From an uncultured delta proteobacterium (lineage in GTDB: Bacteria; Desulfobacterota; Binatia; Binatales; Binataceae): a DNA stretch of 64,000 nt. Shown in pieces: positions 56,812-64,000 of the stretch. The stretch covers positions 163,049 to 227,048 of the forward strand of contig CAWIHG010000001.1 of NCBI GenBank assembly GCA_963835905.1. Direction: 5' to 3'. The position numbers and the translations under genes were made by a program. Within the stretch, counting starts at the first letter, position 1. The number at the start of each line of letters is the position of its first letter. Below the pieces are notes generated by a model. The model made no database searches and was not told where the DNA came from. It saw nothing but the letters and a program-made list of their open reading frames with translations.

Positions 56812-57573
56812 ATGCGGCTTCAGGACAAAGTTGCGATTGTGACCGGCGCCGCAAGTGGCATCGGCCGAGCGACCGCCGCTCTCTTCGGTCGCGAGGGCGC
56901 TCACCTGGTGCTCAACGATATTGACGCGCAAGGGCTGGAATCGCTGACGCGACAAATCGCGGGTGGCAGCGCCCGCGCGGTCGCGGGCAGCGTGACGGAC
57001 GAGGACACCGCGCGCCGACTCGCCGCAGAGGCGATCTCGTCATTCGGCCGGATTGATATCCTGGTGAATAACGCCGGTATCCATTTTGCCCGAGACATCA
57101 CCGAGATGACCGTCGAGGAATGGGATCGGTTGATGGATATCAACTTGAAAAGCATGTTCCTGTGCTGCAAGCACGTCATTCCGCATATGCTCACGCGGCG
57201 CCAGGGAGCGATAGTCAATCTCGCGTCGATTTCCTCGTTCATCGGACAGGAGATGAACGGGGTCAGCACTTTTGCCTATAACGTCACCAAGGCCGGCGCG
57301 ATGCAGCTTACCAAGTCGCTCGCCACGCGGTATGCGTCCGACGGGATCCGGGTCAACTGCGTATGTCCTGGCAACGTCGAGACCAATATCATCAAGCGGG
57401 CGACCGCGGCGGAAACGGCTGAGTTCTGGCGCGCGGCCTCCCACGGCGAGCCGATTGGCCGCAATGCCCAGCCCGGAGAGATCGCCAGCGCGATTCTGTT
57501 TCTCGCCTCGGACGAATCCTCGTTCGTGACCGGCACACCGCTGATCGTCGATGGCGGCTACCTGGCGCGCTGA
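56812..57573 (+). CDS. SDR family oxidoreductase (FabG-like)
   Basis: KVAIVTGAASGIGRA, NNAG, YNVTKAG motifs. Confidence 0.85.
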   Translation: MRLQDKVAIVTGAASGIGRATAALFGREGAHLVLNDIDAQGLESLTRQIAGGSARAVAGSVTDEDTARRLAAEAISSFGRIDILVNNAGIHFARDITEMTVEEWDRLMDINLKSMFLCCKHVIPHMLTRRQGAIVNLASISSFIGQEMNGVSTFAYNVTKAGAMQLTKSLATRYASDGIRVNCVCPGNVETNIIKRATAAETAEFWRAASHGEPIGRNAQPGEIASAILFLASDESSFVTGTPLIVDGGYLAR

Positions 57574-57584
57574 GGTTCGCCGGG

Positions 57585-58577
57585 CTAGCGCCGGCCCATC
57601 TTCGCGAACAGCTCTGCCTCGGCGCTCGCGATCGGCGATGCGTGCGCTTCTTGCAGCAGCTCGTGAAAGACCGGCGAGCCCGCGGCCTGCTCGGCCGCCC
57701 ACCGCCGCGCAAATGTCCCGTCGCGAATCTCCGCGATCGCCTTGCGCATCAGCGCCTCCGCCTCCTCTCCGATGAAGCGGTCGCCATGGGTAAGCTGCCC
57801 GAACTGGCTGGTATGCGAATGCAGCTTGAGCTGGTTCCAGATTCCCATCCCGGCCATCGCGCGGCCGATCTCGCCGAGCTCGCCCGACGCGTACAGCTCC
57901 AGCAGCGCAACTTCGGGACTGACTCCCGCCTCGGTCAGCAGCTTGAATGCGCGCTCGAGCAGGAACAACATCGCGCCCGCCCAGGTGTGCTCGGAGAACA
58001 GATCGACCAGCGTCTCTTCCTCGAAGCTCGACTCGACCACGGCGCCGTGCGGCAGGAACGCGCCGATGCCGTCGGCGATCGCCAGCATGGTGGCAAGCGC
58101 CCCGCCCGAGGCGTCTTGCTTGACGCCCACCAGGACCGGGAATCCCTCTCCGCGGGCCGGCAGTTCGTACACGCCCTGCCCGATCATCCGCGGCGCGACC
58201 AGCACCACGTCAACCTCGCGCGGCGGCACGATGAACTTGTAAGTGATGTTGTAGCCGCTGGCGAAGACCAGCGTCTTGCCGCGCGCGAGATGCGGCTCGA
58301 TCATCTTGCGGTAAATTTCCGGCGCTATCTCGTCCGGCAGCAACAGCATCACGATGTCCGCGCGCGCGGCCGCCGCATCGACCGCGAGCGGCTCAAAGCC
58401 GTCGTCGTGAGCCTGCCGCCAGCTGTCGTCCTCCTGGTTGCCGACAATCACGCGATGACCGGCGCGGCGCAGATTCAACGCCTGCGCCCGCCCCTGGTTG
58501 CCGTAGCCGATGACCGCGATGGTTTTGTCCTTGAGGGCCGCGGGATCAGCGTCGCTCGCCGCAAAGAATTTCGCCAT
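57585..58577 (-). CDS. ilvC: ketol-acid reductoisomerase, class I
   Basis: KTIAVIGYGNQGRAQALNLRRAGHRVIVG and the rest of the KARI layout. GGGAGGA RBS. Confidence 0.9.
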   Translation of the reverse strand: MAKFFAASDADPAALKDKTIAVIGYGNQGRAQALNLRRAGHRVIVGNQEDDSWRQAHDDGFEPLAVDAAAARADIVMLLLPDEIAPEIYRKMIEPHLARGKTLVFASGYNITYKFIVPPREVDVVLVAPRMIGQGVYELPARGEGFPVLVGVKQDASGGALATMLAIADGIGAFLPHGAVVESSFEEETLVDLFSEHTWAGAMLFLLERAFKLLTEAGVSPEVALLELYASGELGEIGRAMAGMGIWNQLKLHSHTSQFGQLTHGDRFIGEEAEALMRKAIAEIRDGTFARRWAAEQAAGSPVFHELLQEAHASPIASAEAELFAKMGRR

Positions 58578-58780
58578 TGATGCGTCCTCCCGTGGACCGG
58601 TGGCGCCGCCATCAGGCGCGGCGGCGCATTTTCCATCGTGACTGTGTAGGCAGAGTTGCGCCGGACCCGGTGATTTGCAAATGGAATCCCATCGACGGCG
58701 GGCGCGCTTTCCCGCAACGGCCCGCGCGAAAAAACTCGCGGGGCAGGCGGGCGCTATTGAAGCGGCCTGCGCGTCAGCGG

Positions 58781-59581
58781 TTAAGCGTGCTTGCCCGCCA
58801 GGAAGTTCTTCAGCACACGCGATACGGCGTCGCGTTGCTCAATCTGCGGAACGTGTCCGGCGCCTTCGATCATTTCGATGCGCGCGCCCGCAATGTGCCG
58901 CTGGAATTCGCCGGCATAGACCGCCGGGATGAGCGCGTCCAGCGCTCCCCACACGATCAGAGTAGGCGCCTTGATTCGCCGCAGTCGCCGCTCGAGTCCA
59001 CGCTCCGGAATGGGATGGATGAAGTGCGACGTGCTCGCCAGTGCGCCGAATCTCTGAACCAGCGCGGCATTCATCGCGGCCGGATCCTTCGGCATCGCCA
59101 GCTTTGCCGCCACTTCGGGTTTGCCCGGATCGTTGAACAGCAGCCTGACTAATTTTTCCGGCGACACGAGCAGATGGTCCTGTACGGGCGCTTCGCCAAG
59201 CCACAGTCCCATCGCATCGATCAGCACCAGCTTCCCGATCCGATCTCTGAATGTCGCGGCGTATTCAGCCGCAACCATCCCGCCGAATGAGTGCCCGATG
59301 AGATCGACCTTATCCAGTCCAAGCTGATCGAACAGGTCGTCATAGTACAAGACAAGATCGGCGATACTATCGAGGTGCTGGAGATCGTCGGTATCCTCGG
59401 AACCCGCGTGCGCCGGGGCATAGACGCGGCGATACGCCGCGAGGTCGTCCAGAAATCCGTCCCATTCCTGGCCGAATGGCCCGTGCAGATACACGACGGG
59501 CGCACCTTCGCCTTTCACAATTACCGGGTTCGGGGCAAAGCCGCCCGGCAGTTCAACCTTGTTTGAAGTCTCGATGTTCAT
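58781..59581 (-). CDS. alpha/beta hydrolase (meta-cleavage-product hydrolase-like)
   Basis: Nucleophile elbow GHSFGG. ATGA overlap with the upstream LLM stop. Confidence 0.8.
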   Translation of the reverse strand: MNIETSNKVELPGGFAPNPVIVKGEGAPVVYLHGPFGQEWDGFLDDLAAYRRVYAPAHAGSEDTDDLQHLDSIADLVLYYDDLFDQLGLDKVDLIGHSFGGMVAAEYAATFRDRIGKLVLIDAMGLWLGEAPVQDHLLVSPEKLVRLLFNDPGKPEVAAKLAMPKDPAAMNAALVQRFGALASTSHFIHPIPERGLERRLRRIKAPTLIVWGALDALIPAVYAGEFQRHIAGARIEMIEGAGHVPQIEQRDAVSRVLKNFLAGKHA

Positions 59582-60858
59582 GCGGGATGTTTTGCCTCAC
59601 CGTTGGTAGCGCGACTTCCTGGCTGAGAGACCTGAGCGTGCTTTCGCGTCGCGCCCTGCGGCCACCATCGATCGACGTAACCTTCCTTGTCCCAGATCGA
59701 TTGAATCTTCGGCAGCACCTTTCGCGCGAATAGTCCGCTGTTGTACGCGGTCAACTCGGGGTCCATCGACTGAATCTGCAGAATGATCATCAGGTGGCCG
59801 ACGCGGATGTTACGAACCGCCTCTTCGATTTGAGCCGCAACCGTATCGGGACTGCCGCCGATCACCATTCGCGAGTCTTCCACCAGCTGCTTCCAGGTGG
59901 CTTCGTGAGGCTTGAAGTCGAAAGTAAACGCGCTTGCGCCGCGATGACTCAGTTGAAATTCAAAGCTGCGCTTGGTCATGAATCCCGGAACATTGCCGAA
60001 ATGAGGCGCGACGTACAGCGACTTGGAATAGAAGTTTTGCAGGTGCTTCAGGTATATCCGTTCCGCCTCGGCGTCGGTGTCGGCAACAACCACCAGTTGC
60101 GCGAATCCCGCGCGGTACGGATTGTCATCCAGTCCGGCTTTCTCCACCGAGTTCCAGTACCCGTCCATCAGCACCTTGGCGTACTTGTGGCCCATGAAAC
60201 TGAGGTAACTATAGGTATAATCATTGTCGGTCGCGAACTTCCAGGTCTCGACCGAACCGCCCCCGGCCAGCCAGATCGGAGGATGAGGCTTCTGGAGCGG
60301 CTTCGGCCACGGATTTACGTAGCGCAGTTTCGTGAAGCGTCCGTTGAACGGAAACGGCCCCGGCCGCGTCCATGCCTGCTTGATCAAATCGTGCGCCTCG
60401 TAATAGCGGGGACGCACCTGCGTCGGCGGTATGCCGTAGCATCCGGTCGTGTCCATCGGCGACCCCACCGGAAATCCCGCCACCAGGCGTCCGCCACTGA
60501 GACAATCCAGCAGCGCGAACTCCTCCGCGACCCGGATTGGAGGATTGTAGAGCGGCAGCGTATTTCCCAGTACTACCAGTGCCGCGTCGGATTTCCGGCG
60601 TGCAAGCACCGTAGCTATCATGTTCGGCGAAATAGGGAATCCGTAGCCGTTCTGATGATGCTCGTTGAGGCCCAGGCCGTCGAAGCCGAGATCGTCCGCC
60701 ATCTCGAGCTCATCGAGATTCCAGTGCAGGTATTTTGCGACGTCGGTCGAATGGCAAAGCTCATCGTTGGGCGGAGTCACCCAGATGCTCTCGTAACGAT
60801 CGCGGAAATCATCCGGCAGATCGCGGTAGCCCTGCATGTGAAACCAGATGGTCTTCAT
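59578..60858 (-). CDS. LLM-class flavin-dependent oxidoreductase
   Basis: MKTIWFHMQGY...GLNEHHQ typical LLM N-terminus. ATGA overlap with the TetR stop. Confidence 0.8.
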   Translation of the reverse strand: MKTIWFHMQGYRDLPDDFRDRYESIWVTPPNDELCHSTDVAKYLHWNLDELEMADDLGFDGLGLNEHHQNGYGFPISPNMIATVLARRKSDAALVVLGNTLPLYNPPIRVAEEFALLDCLSGGRLVAGFPVGSPMDTTGCYGIPPTQVRPRYYEAHDLIKQAWTRPGPFPFNGRFTKLRYVNPWPKPLQKPHPPIWLAGGGSVETWKFATDNDYTYSYLSFMGHKYAKVLMDGYWNSVEKAGLDDNPYRAGFAQLVVVADTDAEAERIYLKHLQNFYSKSLYVAPHFGNVPGFMTKRSFEFQLSHRGASAFTFDFKPHEATWKQLVEDSRMVIGGSPDTVAAQIEEAVRNIRVGHLMIILQIQSMDPELTAYNSGLFARKVLPKIQSIWDKEGYVDRWWPQGATRKHAQVSQPGSRATNGEAKHPA

Positions 60859-61595
60859 AGTGCCTTCCTTCGCTTCGGCAATTCGCGGACGTGGTCGTTT
60901 CGATGAGCACGCATAAGCGGTCGATGTCCCGCGCGCGCCGCGGATACGATTCCGTTCAAATACGATTCAAGCGCATTGGCAATAAATCCGGCAGGATCCA
61001 TGTCGGTGGTGTGAACAATGAAATCATGGTCGCGCGTCACCATGAATGCGCCATTGAGTATCGACCAGATGGCGACGGTCACCCCGGTGGGACCGAGCGG
61101 GTCAGCGATCAGTCCCGCCTCGAATGCCTTGTTCACGCTGTCTTCAAACAGGTGAAAGACTTCGCGGCTGGTAGTCAGATCGCGTTCGAAAGCCCGGGTT
61201 TCCGATGAGCGGCGCAGGCGCTTTCTGATCTCGTAAAGCGGCGTCGGTTCACTGATTAGTATGGGATCGGCGGACTCGCGCAGGTAGTCGACGTAGACCC
61301 GGGCAAGCGTGCGGATCTCGTCAATTGGCGCGAGTCCGCGTGCCTTTACCGCGCGATAACCATCGCCCAGCAGCTCGCTGCGATCGGCGCGAAGATTCAG
61401 ATAGAGTTCATCGCGAGAGGCGAAGTGCAGATAAATCGTTCCCACCGCGACCTTCGCCTCGCGCGCGATGATCTCCATGGTGGTGTTCTCGACGCCCTTG
61501 CGCGCGAACACCCTGGCCGCGGCTTCCATAATTCGCGCCGCGCGCGCATCGTTCCTGCCCTGGCGGAGCGCACGCACTTTGAGCGAGGTCTTCAT
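60855..61595 (-). CDS. TetR family transcriptional regulator
   Basis: HTH IMEAAARVFARKGVENTTMEIIAREAKVAVGTIYLHFASRDELY. Start re-picked at MKTSLKV. Confidence 0.8.
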   Translation of the reverse strand: MKTSLKVRALRQGRNDARAARIMEAAARVFARKGVENTTMEIIAREAKVAVGTIYLHFASRDELYLNLRADRSELLGDGYRAVKARGLAPIDEIRTLARVYVDYLRESADPILISEPTPLYEIRKRLRRSSETRAFERDLTTSREVFHLFEDSVNKAFEAGLIADPLGPTGVTVAIWSILNGAFMVTRDHDFIVHTTDMDPAGFIANALESYLNGIVSAARAGHRPLMRAHRNDHVRELPKRRKAL

Positions 61596-61618
61596 TCCCG
61601 CAGATACCGTGAATCTCA

Positions 61619-61628
61619 ATTCATGAAT
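61619..61628. promoter_or_regulatory. candidate operator palindrome ATTCATGAAT
   Basis: Perfect 10-bp palindrome about 25 nt upstream of the TetR start in the divergent TetR/amidase intergenic region. TGAATC recurs 15 nt away. Confidence 0.3.
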
Positions 61629-61775
61629 CCGGGTTCAGGACTTTAGGCGGCGAAAATCGCAAAGTCAAATGACGAAGGCGCCGAACCGATCCCGCTGTCG
61701 GCCGCGGGGATTGCTTGACTTCTCGCGCGCATCGGCTACTCACAAGCACAGACCACGAAACCGGAGGATGCCGCG

Positions 61776-63215
61776 GTGCCCGAGCTTGCCTATTCCAGTG
61801 CAATCGCGATCGCGAAGAAAATTCGCAAGCGCGAAATTTCCAGCAGAGAAGCGCTCGATTATTTCCTCGCTCGAGTCGAGGCGCTCGACAAGCCCATCAA
61901 CAGCGTCGTGACCGTCGACGCCGACCGGGCTCGCACCGAAGCCGCCGCCGCTGACGCCGAGCTTGCGCGGGGTGAGGTGCGCGGGCCGCTGCACGGCGTC
62001 CCCATGACTATCAAGGATTCCTTTCAGACCGCCGGGATGCGCACGACGTCGGGCGCGCCCGAGTTGTCCCAGTTCATCCCGCCCGAAGACGCATGGCCGG
62101 TCGCGCGTCTGCGCGAAGCTGGAGCGATCATTTACGGAAAGACCAATCTGCCGATCTATGCCGGTGACCTGCAGAGCTACAACGCCGTCTTCGGCACGAC
62201 CAACAATCCTTACGATCATTCGCGCACTCCGGGCGGCTCCTCCGGCGGCTCCGCCGCGGCGCTGGCGTGCGGATTCACGCCGCTGGAGCTCGGCAGCGAT
62301 ATCGGCGGCTCGATCCGCCTGCCCTCGCACATGTCGGGCGTGGTCGGACACAAACCGAGCTACGCAATCGTGCCGGCGCACGGCCAAATCCCCGGTCCTC
62401 CGGGAACCCTGACGCTCGCCGATCTTGCCGTCGCAGGCCCGATGGCGCGCAGCGTCGACGATCTCAAACTCGGCCTCGACCTGATGGCGGGGCCCAATCG
62501 ATGGGACACGCCCGCGTGGCGGCTCAAGCTGCCCGCGCCGCGGCGCCGCAAGCTCAGCGAATATCGCGTGGCCGCATGGCTCGATGACCCGGCGTGCCGC
62601 GTGGAGCCGGAAGTGCTCGGCCTGCTGGAGAGCGCGGCAGAGTCGCTCGCCTCCGCCGGCGCGATCGTGGATCACCATGCGCGTCCGGCTTTCACCCTGG
62701 AGAAGGTTGCCGACACCTTCTCTGCCCTGCTGCAGGCCGCCCTGGCCGGTGGCGTTCCTCCCGACAAGCTCGACGACTATGCGTCCACCCCCGGCGATTC
62801 TCCCGCCGCGCAGACGCGGCGCCAGCTCGCGATACGCCATCGCCAATGGCTCAGCTACAATGAGCGGCGCCTGCAGATGCGCAAGCGCTGGGAGGAGTTC
62901 TTCACCGATTGGGACGCGATTCTGCTCCCGGTCATGCCCTGCGCGGCGATCGCGCACGACCATTCCGAGCCCCAGGCCGCCAGGACCGCCAGCGTGGGCG
63001 GCCGGCAGGTGCCCTACTGGAGTCTGACCACCTGGATGGCGCCGGCGGGAGCCTGCTATCTGCCGGCGACGGTGGTCCCGGTCGGCTGCCTGGCAAACGG
63101 CCTCCCGGTCGGAATCCAGATCGTGGGACCGTACCTCCACGATCGCACGACGCTCGACCTGGCGCGGCGGATGCTCGCGATGCGGGGCGGATGTCCGCGA
63201 CCCGCGGGCTTCTGA
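61776..63215 (+). CDS. amidase (amidase-signature family)
   Basis: GGSSGGSAAALA signature, KDSF (catalytic Lys context). GTG start with GGAGG 8 nt upstream. Confidence 0.85.
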   Translation: MPELAYSSAIAIAKKIRKREISSREALDYFLARVEALDKPINSVVTVDADRARTEAAAADAELARGEVRGPLHGVPMTIKDSFQTAGMRTTSGAPELSQFIPPEDAWPVARLREAGAIIYGKTNLPIYAGDLQSYNAVFGTTNNPYDHSRTPGGSSGGSAAALACGFTPLELGSDIGGSIRLPSHMSGVVGHKPSYAIVPAHGQIPGPPGTLTLADLAVAGPMARSVDDLKLGLDLMAGPNRWDTPAWRLKLPAPRRRKLSEYRVAAWLDDPACRVEPEVLGLLESAAESLASAGAIVDHHARPAFTLEKVADTFSALLQAALAGGVPPDKLDDYASTPGDSPAAQTRRQLAIRHRQWLSYNERRLQMRKRWEEFFTDWDAILLPVMPCAAIAHDHSEPQAARTASVGGRQVPYWSLTTWMAPAGACYLPATVVPVGCLANGLPVGIQIVGPYLHDRTTLDLARRMLAMRGGCPRPAGF

Positions 63216-63278
63216 GGAGGCGGGCTTGACCCATGCCCCGAGGTTGCGAGCCTCACATAAATTGCGTACGGAAATGAC

Positions 63279-63884
63279 ATGGGCAAATTGGTACTGGTCC
63301 GTCACGGCGAGAGTGAGGGCAACGTCACGCGCATCTTCACCACCACGCCGGTTACGCTGCCGCTGACCGAACGCGGCCGCCAGCAGGCGCGCGAAGCCGC
63401 CGGTGTGATTCAGACGATCTCAACTCCGCGCGTCGTCATCGCGAGCCCTTACGTGCGCGCGCGCGATACCGGCGCGATCATCGCCCACGAACTGCAGCTC
63501 CCCTTCGAGATTCGCGAGGGACTGCATGAACGGGAGACCGGCGAATTCGCGGGCAAGCCGTACGAGTCAATCCTCGCAGCCGAAGGCTACGACCCGTCCC
63601 AGCCGTGGAACTGGGTACCGCCCGGCGGCGAATCCTATGAGCATGTGCGGGATCGCGTCGGACCGATCCTCGACGAACTGGTCGCGCGCTTTTCCGAAGA
63701 CGACGTGGTCGTGGTCAGCCACGGCGGCGTGATGGTTTCGATGTGGGCGCACATAACCGGCGGCTGGGGCAACGCGCCGGTGCCGGCCAATTGCGCAATC
63801 GTGCTCGTCGAGCATCGGCAAGGCCGCTATCTCACTCCGCGGCTGATCGGTGACAACCTGCGGCCGCGCGACGCGGGCGGCTGA
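63279..63884 (+). CDS. histidine phosphatase (phosphoglycerate mutase-like) family
   Basis: LVRHGESEGN catalytic motif and distal SHGG. Confidence 0.8.
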   Translation: MGKLVLVRHGESEGNVTRIFTTTPVTLPLTERGRQQAREAAGVIQTISTPRVVIASPYVRARDTGAIIAHELQLPFEIREGLHERETGEFAGKPYESILAAEGYDPSQPWNWVPPGGESYEHVRDRVGPILDELVARFSEDDVVVVSHGGVMVSMWAHITGGWGNAPVPANCAIVLVEHRQGRYLTPRLIGDNLRPRDAGG

Positions 63885-64000
63885 GCTTCGCAACACGCCG
63901 TCCCGCGGTTTGAATTATCGCAGGCAGCCGGGCGAGAACTCGCCTACGCGGCCGTGCTCAGGATCCACGCGCGGGCTTCCGCTCCCTTCGCGGTCGGGAA

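Noticed and set aside
58578-58780. Possible attenuator or leader peptide upstream of orphan ilvC. A hairpin GCGCCGCC...GGCGGCGC sits just 5' of the RBS, and there is a CCCGCG/CGCGGG hairpin after the hydrolase stop.
   Set aside because: The only short upstream ORF (MGFHLQITGSGATLPTQSRWKMRRRA) is not enriched in Ile/Val/Leu, and there is no U-tract after the hairpins. I could not support a regulatory call.
63944-64000. Possible 3' end of a minus-strand CDS at the right edge (...AKGAEARAWILSTAA stop).
   Set aside because: Only 19 codons are visible, with no motif. There is not enough sequence to support a feature.
1-64000. Scan for CRISPR arrays, IS elements, integrases, phage genes, toxin-antitoxin pairs, and rRNA or tRNA genes.
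   Set aside because: No spaced direct repeats beyond two 18-nt tandem duplications. No transposase or integrase motifs in any long ORF. No intergenic stretch looked tRNA-like by eye. The window looks like core metabolic chromosome with one rearrangement scar.

Overview
High-GC (roughly 65%) bacterial chromosomal window, densely coding (about 60 CDS). I recognised no rRNA, tRNA, CRISPR array, transposase or integrase. Left to right: two Asp-box propeller exoproteins; an alpha/beta hydrolase and a methyltransferase; a 4-hydroxybutyrate CoA-transferase-family gene followed by a translationally coupled group 3b [NiFe]-hydrogenase operon (hyhBGSL plus endopeptidase) and a periplasmic blue-copper/cytochrome c pair; a truncated aldo-keto reductase remnant; an MFS transporter; treY-treZ with divergent glgX/treX; a GT-C-like membrane protein with a divergent TetR; an RRM RNA-binding protein next to one soluble di-iron and one membrane desaturase; a PPi-type phosphofructokinase; an ACAD-ACAD-kinase-small protein-CX5R phosphatase operon resembling the LvaABC / ACAD10-11 4-hydroxyacyl-CoA route; a membrane-anchored linalool dehydratase/isomerase-domain protein; a GH3 beta-glucosidase; a second RRM protein with a Gly/Arg tail; a TetR-headed crotonase arm divergent from an 11-kb co-directional operon carrying three PhyH-family dioxygenases; ilvC; a translationally coupled TetR-LLM-hydrolase operon; an amidase; a histidine phosphatase. 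The best candidates for undescribed biology are the kinase/ACAD/phosphatase operon (33720-38086), the membrane-anchored LDI homologue (38264-40517) and the triple-PhyH operon (46678-57573). All functional calls come from motif and sequence recognition by eye, not from database searches. Many start codons were re-picked from RBS and N-terminal logic and are approximate.
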